Of a DNA stretch of 64,000 nt, positions 39,981 to 52,085 are shown in pieces. Under the pieces are notes generated by a model. It searched no databases. It saw nothing but the letters and a program-made list of their open reading frames with translations, and was not told the DNA's origin. The position numbers and the translations under genes are program-made. Source of the DNA: Eledone cirrhosa (taxonomy: Eukaryota); contig OZ024754.1 of assembly GCA_964016885.1 (NCBI GenBank), positions 8,742,001-8,806,000 on the forward strand. Reading direction: 5' to 3'. How positions within the stretch are numbered: position 1 is the first letter of the stretch; each line of letters begins with the position of its first letter.

Positions 39981-40854
39981 TATAACGAGGGGAAATGAGA
40001 ATAATGTTGGAAGAAATGGTAGTTACATGTTTATTGGTGAGATAGAGATAAATAGTAATACATACGTGTGTGTGTGAGAGAGAGAGAGAGAGAGTAAGAG
40101 AGAGAGAGGGAGAAAGAGAGAGAGTAATGTATTTTCATAAGAAGTGGTCTTGGGAAGAAGGTTCACAAAAGACTGATGGTAGGATATATTAAGTATAAGC
40201 AGATTTGATGCTATCCCCCTCATACATAACCTTCCTTATATAGAAGATAAGCAGCCAGATAAGATTAGTAATAGGAAGGTATAGGGTATACACTGGCCTA
40301 ATATGGGTGTATAGATGGTTGGATAAATATGTATGTGTCTGTGAATGAAGATTTAGACTGGCCTAATATGGGTGGCTTGTGTGTGTGTATATGTATAGAT
40401 GGTTGGATCAATGTCTGTGTGTGTGTGTGTGTGTGTGTCTGTGAAGAAAGAAATGTCATTCATTTTGGTAGAGATAGATGGAAGATTCCACACAAATTTA
40501 TTATTCCATCTTTGAAACAAAAGAAAGAGATGAAAAAACAAAAAGGAAAAATCTTAAGACATGACCTATTTCAGTGATGATTAGTTTAGTTAAATAATAC
40601 AACAGAAGTTTTAAGCTTTACGGAGGCTGACTTTTTATGAAGGAAAATTTGACTACAACAAGAAATAGTGGATTTATGATCAGAAATAATTAGATATTTA
40701 ACTTATCAGAATTTTCTTGCAGCTGTAATTAAATCAGATAATTCGATGTGGTTTGGTACCAGCCCAGCAAAAACCAGCTCTGGTTCTATGAAACAAAACC
40801 ACCTATTTTAAAGGATTCTTATTTAAATACAGATATTCCAAGAATTTTATAAAA

Positions 40855-41160
40855 GAACCATGTTTCGTTGGATGTGCAATGTAAATGCGAGAGAAAGGCA
40901 GAGCTTGGATGAAATGGTAGGCAGGAGAGAAGATTGCATTGGTATGGGTGAAGAAATGCCAGGAAATCCCAGTGGAAGGAAACCGCAATAGAAGACGACC
41001 AAGAAACATCTGGGCAGAGGTTGTGAGAGTGGACCTCAAATCCCTAAGACTGGCAGAGTAGATGATGAAGGAACGTGACAAGTGGAGAGATGCTGTACTG
41101 AGAAGGACCTGTCCAACCCATGCAAGCATAGAAAAGTGGACGTAAAAATGATAATGATGA
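40855..41160 (+). mobile_element. RTE LINE 3' end
   Basis: WVKKCQEIPVEGNRNRRRPRNIWAEVVRVDL...DKWRDAV, then ccaacccatgcaagcatagaaaagtggacgt and (TGA)n-like tail. Confidence 0.85.
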
Positions 41161-42009
41161 ACCATATGTTAAGTAACTATCTTAGTAATGAAATAATAAT
41201 TTTAGTAAATCCCTCAAAATTCTTCATTAACCCTTTTGATACCAGCCTGGCCATCATTGACTCTGGCTCTAAAACACAAAAACCACCAATTTTAAAAGGT
41301 TCCTATTTAAATTAAAATCTTCTAACATATAAGAATCAAATGTTAAGTTACTATCTTTGTAATGTTAGAAATCCCTCAAAATTCTTCACTAACTAATAGA
41401 GTGTATTTTATTACAAGTGTGGTTAGAAAAAGGTTAATAGAATTTAAAAAGAGAGAAAATATTATCAGTTGTCAAACGGATTAATTAATTTTAAAAAGGA
41501 AAAGATCAAAAGAATCCATATAAAAACTGAACATTGTAAATGACATGCAGAAGACAAAAACATTTGCTAAAGCAGAAATAGCCAGAAATTGGCAGAAAAA
41601 ATAAAGAAGCAAATGAGTTTTTGCTTGGAATCTATGAACAGAATATGATAAAGTGGAACTTTCAGAGTAGAGTAAAACTTCTTAGACTGCTAACTTCTCT
41701 AGCTGTCTATTATCAACCCTGAGCTACTTTCCCCCTCCTCCCACACATTGGTGAAGGCGCGTGGCTAAGTAGTTAGAGAATTGGATTCGCAATCGTAAAG
41801 TTGTTACTTCAATTCCCGGACTGGCCGATGTGTTATGTCCTTGGGCAAGACACTTTATTTCACGTTGCAACTTCTACCTGGAATTGCGTATTATCTGAAA
41901 TAGATAGTATTAGCAATTGGAAAGACCAATGGAAACACTGTTTCCTCAGTCCGATTTGAAATATCTTACTCTGAAACAACCATTTAGAGCAACAACAACA
42001 ACAATAGTA

Positions 42010-42376
42010 ACAATATTTCTAATTTAAGCACAAGATTAGCAAGTTTAGAGGAAAGAGGGAAAAGTCAAATAAATCAACTTCAGTATTTAATTTGTATTTT
42101 ATTGACCCCAGAAAGATAAAAGGCAAAATTGACCTCAACAGGATTTGAACTTAGAATTTAAAGGGCGTGAACAAATACTGCAAAGCACTCAAATGATTCT
42201 GCCAATCCACCACCCTAATCGACCCCAGTACATTACTGGTACTTTATTTTATCGATCCCTGTAAGGATGAAAGTTAAAGCTAATCGCGGCAAGATTTGAA
42301 ATCTGAACATAAAGGGTCATAACTCTATGCCGCGAAGCATGGACCCTGCACTCTACCGAGACTGCCAGTCCACCAC
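42010..42376 (-). mobile_element. Tandem pair of family A SINEs
   Basis: Two consecutive core+head units. Confidence 0.8.
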
Positions 42377-42731
42377 GATTCTGTCAATAATAGTTATATT
42401 TTGGCATTTCCTTAACTAATCTCTGCATTGGAGTCCTTAAAATAACACAGACACACACACAGACACACACATTGAGACAAAAAAGAAAAAAAATGGAATG
42501 GGGTGGAAGGGAGAAAGAGAAGGTAGGTGATGTGGGGATATAGGACACAATTGGTTAACTAAGAATAATAGGGTTCATGGGTAATGAGGAGCGAATGAGT
42601 GAGGGTAGCAGAGGCTTTGGCAATAAGATTTGAAAAAAAAACAAAAAAAAAAACGAAAAAAAAAAAAAAAAAACAAAGGAAAAAAAAACAACAACCATTA
42701 AAGTGGAATACGGTGCGTAATTCTTACTTAC

Positions 42732-42746
42732 GAGGAGGCCTGAATG
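42732..42746 (-). CDS. Candidate MAST microexon (15 nt from TAG acceptor, or 8 nt, 42732-42739, from internal CAG)
   Basis: Minus strand ttcttcttcctttctttgtatttctag|CATTCAG|GCCTCCTC|gtaagt: long pyrimidine tract, two AGs 7 nt apart, consensus donor, in unique sequence. Frame logic fits neighbouring exons. No homology evidence. Confidence 0.55.
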
Positions 42747-42999
42747 CTAGAAATACAAAGAAAGGAAGAAGAATCTTGTGAAATATACTTTTTACAATAA
42801 TGTCGAGGGAGTGCTGGGTGTTATTATTTTTTTATGAGGGGGAGGGCTGTCTCAGAAAATAAAAACGGGGTGGCAAAGGAGGGAATAATAGTTCCGGGCA
42901 GAGAGAGAGGAAGAGAAAGATGGATAAAAAAAAATAAAAGCTTGTGTTAAGTGTTGAGAAATATTTGACATGTGAGGAACAAAAACAAAACAATATTAA

Positions 43000-43222
43000 T
43001 AATGGTTCCTGAATTAGGCACAAGGCCAACATGTTGTGGCGAGGGGAAAGTCGATTAAATCGACCCAGTGTGTATTACTGGTACTTTATTAAATTAAATT
43101 GACCCTGTAAGGATGAAAGGCAAAGCTAACCTCGGCGCGATTTGAACTCAGAACGTAAATGGTTGTAACTAAGCTGCAAAGCATATTGTCCGACACCCAA
43201 CCGCTACTGTCAATCCACTGCC
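43000..43222 (-). mobile_element. SINE family A, full length
   Basis: Tail, core and head all present. Confidence 0.85.
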
Positions 43223-43352
43223 CTTTGAATATATATAATACAATTTGAACTGCAACTCTTGAGGCAGTAGTAGAGGCGCTGTAGTGGCATACAGTATTTC
43301 TTAGGTATTTTAAGCCTGGTAGAACCCATGTCCTCGCCAGGTAATATAATAT

Positions 43353-43959
43353 ATAACCCCATTTAAAAACAAATAAACCAGCAATATCCAGCCATAATTC
43401 TCTCACCTCTTTCTGTTCAAACAGGCTGTAACCAGCCGGTCATATTAATGTTAAGGTATTGTTCTCAAAATATATAATATCAAAATCTTATAGATTCAAT
43501 ATTATGTGAGATAATTATGTGAAGTAAAGCCTTTACTGCGAAAATACAATAGTATATGTAGAGTAATGTAAATGCTATGTGAGATATGTGAGGTAAAGCC
43601 TTTACTGCGAAAATACAATAATAAATATAGAGTAATGTAAATGCTATGTGAGATAATTATATGAAATAAAACCTTTACTGCGAAAATACAATAATAAATA
43701 TAGAGTAATGTAAATGCTATGTGAGATAATTATATGAAGTAAAACGTTTACTGCAAAAATACAATAATAAATATAGAGTAATGTAAATGCTATGTGAGAT
43801 AATTATGTGAAGTAAAACCTTTACTGTGAAAATACAATAGTATATCTAGAGTAATATAAATGCTATGTGAGATATTATGTGAGATAATTATGTCATGTAA
43901 AGCCTTTGGTGTGAAAATATAATAGTATATATAGAATAATGTAAATGTTAAAGGGTTAA
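43353..43959. mobile_element. TTAA MITE family 1 copy with internal ~72-bp tandem expansion
   Basis: Family sequence with about 6 head-to-tail units at 43503-43950. Confidence 0.85.
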
Positions 43960-44599
43960 ACAACCTACTCTTATTGATATTCATTCTGCCACGAAAGCTC
44001 AAGAATAGCTAGCAGGTTTGTTAAGTTCTTATATAAGTTTTTCAAACCAACACCCTTTTTCCGGTGTCATCTTCCAATTATTTTTATCCCAAACAACAAA
44101 TATTTTAGTGGCCAAACATTTTCACTTAAAAATAACTGCCAGCATTTCTCAAGATAAACTGGACCAGGGTGGAGTAAGGTGGTAGCTGGGGGTGGTGGTG
44201 ATCGATTGCTTGACTATCTTGGTCATTTATTTTTATCACTTTCATATGAAATTCACATAGCAACTGGCATTGATGTGCAATCACACAGAGAAAGGACAGT
44301 GGGTGGTAGAGAGAAAGAAATCAATAAATGATCAAAACAATTTATTACAGAACATGAAAATCACTGGATAATAATAATAATAATAATAATGATATTATTA
44401 TTATTCATCAATTAAACCTGGAAATAAAAAGGATAATTGGTAGAGGCATGGCTGTGTGGTTAAGGAGCTTGTTTCCCAACCACATGGTTCAGTCAGACAG
44501 TCACTTTGGTCAAGTGTCTTCTGTGATAGCTTCACTAATGCCTTGTTAGTAAAATTAGGTAGACAGAAAATATATGCAAGTTCACCATGTGTGTATGTA

Positions 44600-44630
<31 letters not shown>

Positions 44631-44775
44631 GTGTGAGCCCCAGGTTCAATCGGGGGTAACCACAGTAAGTAAGGTACTCAATACATTAGTAGAGTGTAAA
44701 CAACAAATTTAATATTTCATTCGAATGAAACAGTTATAGTCCTGTAGAAAGCATTTCTATATTAAATTTGTTACA

Positions 44776-44906
44776 TATATATATATAGTCAAATTTGACT
44801 CTCTATATATAGTCAAATTTGACTATATATATATATAGAGTCAAATTTGACTCTATATATATATATAGTCAAATTTGACTCTATATATATATAAAGTCAA
44901 ATTTGA

Positions 44907-44937
<31 letters not shown>

Positions 44938-45192
44938 GTCAAATTTGACTCTATATATATATAGAGTCAAATTTGACTCTATATATATATAGTCAAATTT
45001 GACTCTATATATATATATAGGAATATTTGACTATATATATATATATAGGAATATTTGACTCTATATATATATATAGTCAAATTTGACTCTATATATATAT
45101 ATAGGAATATTTGACTATATATATATATATAGGAATATTTGACTCTATATATATATATAGTCAAATTTGACTCTATATATATAAAGTCAAAT
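44776..45192. repeat. Palindromic minisatellite: AGTCAAATTTGACT cores spaced by (TA)n
   Basis: About 15 units. The 14-bp core is its own reverse complement. Four units carry a GGAATATTTGACT variant. Confidence 0.95.
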
Positions 45193-45472
45193 TTTGTTGG
45201 TACTGGGATGGTGGGATATTTTCAAACATTGAGTGATAAGTGAAATCTGTTTTCAATGCTCTTTAGTAAAGTTGAACTGCACAACTGAGAATGACAGTAT
45301 TTTGATCAGCATTATTGATTTTGTGCATCATCATCATCATCATCACCACCATTGTCACAATTTAACATGTTTTCCCTCCTTCAACAGTTGGACCTATCTA
45401 TATCTATAAACAAACTTTTCTACTCATCAGCTGCTCATATTGGGTGACCTCAGTTGATAAGGGAGAGAAAAA

Positions 45473-45703
45473 TTGAACCCTTTAAGCATTTAAACTAGCC
45501 ATATCCAGCCTGATTTCTCTCACCTCTTTCTGTTCAAACCATCTGTATCCAGCTGCTCATACTTATGTTAAGGTAATGTTCTCAAAATAAATAACATCAA
45601 AATCTCATAGATTCGATATTATGTGAGATAATTATATGAAATAAAGCCTTTACCCCAAAAATACAATAGTAAATATAGAGAAATGTAAATGTTAAAGGGT
45701 TAA
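45473..45703. mobile_element. TTAA MITE family 1 copy
   Basis: aaccctttaagcatttaaac ... gttaaagggttaa. Confidence 0.85.
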
Positions 45704-46080
45704 AACAATCTTTCTGTAAGCTATACTTCAAAATTTTTAGCAAGACAGCATGATAATCAGAATGACTGATTTCTAATTTCATTAGCTGTTGTCAGAGTTT
45801 TGTGCCAGTGAAATGGCAGAGGTTGAAAAGTCACAAATCTCAGCTACATAAACAATACCATATAGCGTACCAATAAATTAAATTAATTTACATATTGGTA
45901 TAGAGTTTCACTGATAATTTGGCACATATCCATAACGACAAAGATTCAATTCACAACAATACAATATATGTTTTCAACATATAAAATGTATGCTGTGCAT
46001 TATCAGTTAATCAATTAATTAACCTGGTTGCCAACGAATGTTTGATTATGCAAATTAGACTTATTTCAGTTGAGATTTAG

Positions 46081-46237
46081 TTAAACCCTTTAGCATTACT
46101 CTATATTTACTATTGTATTTTCATGGTAAAGGATTTACCTCACATAATTATCTCATATAATACTGAACCTACGAGATTTTGATATTATTTATTTTGAGAA
46201 CAATACCGTAACATAAGTATGACTGGCTGGTTTCAGT
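46081..46237. mobile_element. TTAA MITE family 1 copy, truncated, inverted relative to 45473-45703
   Basis: ttaaaccctttagcattactctatatttac... Confidence 0.8.
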
Positions 46238-47344
46238 CGACCCCGGTTGATGTTTAACGTTTAGGGCGCTAGTAATTTTTGAGTTGTTTCCCTTGGCACT
46301 GCATTATCTATTAAGAGTAGATTACTCTATAATGCTCTATGTCATGTACAGTGTGTCGAAGGTTACTAGAGAATAATAATAATGAAATTATTGTGTAAAG
46401 TGCTCAGGTGCACTACAACTCGTCAATATAGTACATAGAATAATACACAAATGCCAGGGAAGTACATGTTTGTATGTGTTAGCTTAACTATTTATTATAT
46501 TTCTAATGAAAGACACTGTCTATGATTTCCAAATCATTTTGAAAATAATGAAGAATTCATAGGGATTTAGTAATATAACTAACCTTCTTCTTCTTTAGTT
46601 GGTATTTGGAACATAAAGTTTCTTATATAGAATCATGATAGACAGCTTTTAGATAAATTAAACATTTGAAACAAACAACTTTGTATTGAAGGACCAGGAA
46701 TGATTTTATATTAAAAGGGTTATGTAGAGCATGACAAAAACTAATAATACTGGCACTTGTTTTGCTATTCATGCCATCTGATAAAGAATTGGGCTTATAT
46801 TTCAAAGATTCCTTCCACAACAACACTATATATGGTTGAAACATAGAAATATACTTCTATACAGGAAATGTTTTAGCTTCTTAGCTGATGTGACATATAA
46901 TAAAGAATTAAAAGAAACCAACTTCAGCTGCTCTATTCACATCATGCAGTAGAATTCTAATTACATTCCTAGATAAGTTCTACACATCAACTAGCTTTAA
47001 ATATCACACGGTTAATTAAGAAATTAATCAATTTTGTTATCATTATCATGGTTATTATTAGTATTATTATGCTATAGATGTCAGAATGATGCACAGACAC
47101 ATATTTAGGCTAACACTTCTACTGAGATTCCTCGATGATGACAATAATGAACAAGTATGGTTGTCATTTGTGCAACATGTCTTTTCATAGTTTTTACTAA
47201 GATGAAATCCTCAGCCAAGAGCAGACTGGGGTAGGTAGGGTCTTTGGCATCTGTAATATTACCATGTGTAAATGGTATTCTACCAGACAGAAGAAGAAAT
47301 CAAAGCTGTGAGTTATATAGCTGTTGCTATCTATTGTTACTTAT

Positions 47345-47573
47345 TTAACCCATTACCATTTACATTACTCTATATTTACTATTGGATTTTCACAGTAAAG
47401 GTTTTATCTTACATAATTATCTCACACAATATCGAATCTATGACATTTTGATATTATTTATGTTGAAAACAATACTTTAATATCAGTATGAGTGGCCAGT
47501 TATGACTCGTTTAAACAGAAAGAGGTGAGAGAATTCTGGCCAGATATGGCTGGTCTAAATGCTAAAGGGTTAA
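47345..47573. mobile_element. TTAA MITE family 1 copy
   Basis: TTAA at both ends, TIRs recognisable. Confidence 0.85.
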
Positions 47574-48205
47574 TATTTTGATTCTTATCTATGCCAGTGG
47601 TTCCTTATCTTTTGTGCACCATGCCCCATCTCACCATCTCAAAAATTATTATGGCCTTTCATCTTTATAGGGTTGATAAAATAAAGTACCGGTAATGCAC
47701 TAGGGTCAAATTTAATCTACAATTGTTGGCCTTGCACCTGAATCAGAAACCATTATTACCATCCTCATCATCATTATCTACTTATTCATTTATTGCATTC
47801 AATGTTCTGAAGAGGTGATGAATAAAATTAAATACAAGAGAATCTAATAATTACCCATTATAACGAAGTAGAATTAATTACTAATCAATGATTCAAGAAA
47901 AAAAATAAATGTCTAACTTTTACTTAGTTTTGTTTTATTTTATTTTACTGTTGCTTCTTTCAGTTTTCTTCAATTAAAGTAGTTTTAGCATGAACAATGG
48001 TGAGACACAAATATTGATCTATTGATTTTACTCTTGACTTGACTATGATGACATGATGATGATGATTGGTCCTTCGTCAGTTTCAATACTCAGCATTCAG
48101 TTGTTCGAACAACTGAGCATCCCACTCATGTAACCTTAATGTAATGATCAGTCACGAGATGAAGCTTGTATTTACTGCAAGTAGCTGCCACTTATATATA
48201 TATAT

Positions 48206-48237
<32 letters not shown>

Positions 48238-48412
48238 TGTTTAACATCTATCTTCCACGCTAGCATGGGTTATCAATAAGTGGCCGTTACTTTCCTGGTG
48301 ATTTCTTCCAAATGAAACAGTTCTAGTCCTGTAGAAGCTATTTCTATATTAAATATTTATACTCTGCTTTGTATTGAGTACCTTACGGTGGTTACCCCCA
48401 ATTGAACCTGGG

Positions 48413-48448
<36 letters not shown>

Positions 48449-49096
48449 TGCCCCAGCATGGCCTCAGCTGGATGGCTGAAACAGGTAAAAGAGTAAAAGA
48501 GTATATATATTTTGCTCTACTCTGAGTATAGAGCTCTTTATCTGTATCAGATAATGTTCGGAATATGTATAACATATGCCAGTATATGAGATGATGTAAC
48601 ATGTATAGGTTGTATAAATTACATTACAAACACTACACAAATATATACATATATATACTCATAATAGAACACCCACACTATCATGTATACAGAAACATCA
48701 ACATACACAAACATAGATATGGGAGAGAGAGAGAGATGGTGAAAGAAAATTGTGTTTGAAGAAATGTATAGATTCTGCTCTGCTCTCTATTGAATATATC
48801 ATCATCATTTTATGTCTATTTTCCATGCTTGCATGGGTTAGATGGGTTGGTACACTCTGTGACCAGACAGGTTAGATGATTGTCTTGCTTATATGTTCCA
48901 TTCTGACCTAATTTCTATGGTGGCTGGATGCCCTTCCTATCGTCAAATACTTTACAGCGTATACCTGGGTGGTTTTTATCGTGGCCACTAGCACTACCAC
49001 TTTACAGAATAGGGTGGGTGCATTTATTGTGGCATGCATGCATATATATATGTATATATATATATAAGTGGTTACACAACAGTTAGTTCACCATAC

Positions 49097-49134
49097 CGAG
49101 AACAATTGTTTCACCTTAGCGGATCCTCAGCTCG
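49097..49134 (-). ncRNA. Minimal type I hammerhead ribozyme (Penelope pLTR type)
   Basis: CGAG-CUGAGGA-UCC-GCUAA-GGU-GAAAC-AAUU-GUU^CUCG. Stem I CGAG/CUCG, palindromic stem III ACAAUUGU. Confidence 0.8.
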
Positions 49135-49829
49135 TAATCTACCTCACTTGTCCCATGGACTGAGTGCTCTAGCACTACGGATATTACCTTCCAGTATTCT
49201 ACCACTATATATATATATAAAGAATGAATAATAACAGGTAGACATCATAATTAGTAGATTCTGCTCTGACGATACAATGCTTTAAGCTCTGACGAATCAC
49301 TGCTTTAAGCTGTACTAATAATAAATATTTGCTCTACGGATTTATATATACTTTTTTTATTATATATATATGTACAATCCTTATTGAACCCTCTTGGGGT
49401 TCTGGTCTTCATAATAACTATTATTACTATCATCATCACAGTTTTACGTCCGTTCTTCCATGCTAGCATGGGTTAGACGGGTTGTCCTGTTGTGGGCAGT
49501 GTCTGGTCGGCTGACCATGCCTTGCTTATACAGGAACTGATTTTGGCTTGATTTATATATATATATATATATATATAAATGAAAAGTATAGAAATTATTG
49601 TAGCAAGAAGCCAACAGTATTCCATAACATATAAGTGACTATAGCGTCAAAATAGGAAAATAGTTAACGTAAGATGTGGGAAAAATAATTCAAACTCAAT
49701 TCAAAAAGAATCAGGATATAGATTCATCCAACAGAATTTAGTGAAATCCAGAGAAAAATCAATAGAGCCTTAACTCATGATAAAATAAAGTTTAAAATAC
49801 TCATCCTTCATTTTGGAAAAACTACAAAT

Positions 49830-49911
49830 ACTCTGTATAGTCTTGAAAAGACTATTTCACGAAAACTTTCAGTGGGGATGGTCACGGTTGGAATTCGATC
49901 CTCAGCAGAGC
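49830..49911 (-). ncRNA. Type I hammerhead ribozyme, intact core, complete stem III
   Basis: GCUCUG-CUGAGGA-U-CGAA...UUCG-U-GAAA-UAGUC-UUUUCAA-GACUA-UA^CAGAGU. Stem I 6 bp, stem II 4 bp after a U.U pair, stem III UAGUC/GACUA, AUA cleavage triplet (cut between 49836 and 49835). Confidence 0.85.
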
Positions 49912-49917
49912 TCAACA

Positions 49918-49956
<39 letters not shown>

Positions 49957-50119
49957 TGTGCGTATGCATAATAATCCTGCAAGTATGCAGGAGAAACTCC
50001 AGAGTAACAACACACAAGCTTGGCCTTAGGAAAGAATATATGATGGTACTGAGTAATCATTCTCACAAGAAGCAGTACTAGGGGAATATATATACGTATA
50101 TATATGTGTGTGTGTGTGC

Positions 50120-50175
<56 letters not shown>

Positions 50176-50325
50176 GTATGTATGTATGTGTGTGCAAGCA
50201 TAGAAAATAAACGTGATATATATTGCTTCGCTCTCTCTCAAGAGAGAGAGGGGGGGGGGCGATATCTATTACATCTATTTTCTATGCTTGCATATGTATG
50301 TTTTTTTTGTTTACCTTTTACATAA

Positions 50326-50400
<75 letters not shown>

Positions 50401-50403
50401 AAG

Positions 50404-50434
<31 letters not shown>

Positions 50435-50599
50435 GACATATAAGGATATATACATAATCTTGTAATTTAAACAGGTTTCATTTAATTCTAATCACAGGTG
50501 TATTTCATATTTTTTATATTTTTACCTCAGCAATAATTCTATCTAAGAAACTGATAAGAGAATTGAGATCCCCACTGGCTTCTCAACATAGTTTTAGCA

Positions 50600-52085
50600 G
50601 TGTGTGTGTGTCAGTGTGTGTGTATGTGTGTGTGTATGTGTCAGTGTGTGTGTCAGTGTGTGTGTGTGTCAGTATGTGTATGTGTCAGTGTGTGTGTGTG
50701 TCAGTGTGTGCGCGCGCCTGTGTGTGTGTGTCAGTGTGTGTATGTGTCAGTGTGTGTGTATGTGTCAGTGTGTGTATGTGTCAGTGTGTGTGTATGTTTC
50801 AGTATGTGTGTGTATGTGTCAGTACGTGTGTGTGTGTCAGTGTGCGCGCGCGCCTGTGTGTGTGTGTGTCAGTGTGTGTGTGTGTCAGTGTGTGTATGTG
50901 TCAGTGTGTGTGTGTGTATGTGTCAGTGTGTGTGTGTGTGTATGTGTCAGTGTGTGTGTGTGTGTGTGTGTGTGTTTCAGTATGTGTGTGTATGTGTCAG
51001 TATGTGTGTGTGTGTCAGTGTGCGCGCGCGCCTGTGTGTGTCAGTGTGTGTGTGTGTGTATACACTAGTGTAAACATGTCATATATATATACACACCTGC
51101 GTTATGTCTGTGTATGTATATGTGTGTGTATGTGTGTACACACCTATGTTAACGTGTGATTATATATGTACCCACCTGCGTCAGTATATCCGTGTGTGTG
51201 TATATGTGCAATTATGTTTGTGTGTGCAAGTATATGTGTATATACATACATATGCATTGTTATGTATACTTGTATGTATGTGCATATTTAAGCATGGCTA
51301 TGTATGTATATCTGTGTGTATGTATGTATTTATGTGTGTATGTATTTATGTGTGCATGTATGTATTTATGTGTCTGTATGTATGTATTTATGTGTCTGTA
51401 TGTATGTATTTATGTGTGTATGTATGTATTTATGTGTGTGTGTAGGTATTTATGTGTGTGCGTGTATGTATGCATGTGTATGTGAGTGTGTCATACTCAG
51501 CCATTGATACTTATTTTATTGGATTCACAACAACAACCACTACCACTGCAACAAGCACCAAACCACCACAAACATCACCACCACTGCCACAACAAACACT
51601 ACTACCACAAGCACCACCACAAAGACCACTAACACCACCAAACCACCACCACAACAAACACTACTACCACAAAAACCACTACCACGACCACAACAGACAT
51701 TACAACTACAACAACCACAAGTACCACTACCACGACCACAACAAACATTACAACAACCTCAAGCACCACCACAAAAACCACTACCACAACAAACATTACA
51801 ACTACAACAAGTACCACTACCACAACAAACATTACAACTACAACAACCTCAAGCACCACCACAAAAACCACTACCACGACCACAACAAACATTACAACTA
51901 CAACAACCACAACAACCACAAGCACCACCACAAAAACCACTACCACCACCAAACCACCACAACCATCATCACAAGCTCTACCACAGGACCTTAATAACAA
52001 CAACCACCACAAGCACCACAACAAACACTACCACCACAACAACCATCACAAGCACAACAATAACAACCACAACAACAACACTAAA
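50600..52085. repeat. (TG)n/TCAG minisatellite, (TGTA)n region and (CAC/CAA)n array
   Basis: Direct inspection. Confidence 0.95.

Noticed and set aside
44776-45192. Palindromic repeats resembling a CRISPR array
   Set aside because: Spacers are only (TA)n of variable length.
49265-49312. Tandem gctctgacga...tgctttaagct duplication with CUGACGA
   Set aside because: No downstream GAAA or stem III, so not a complete ribozyme.
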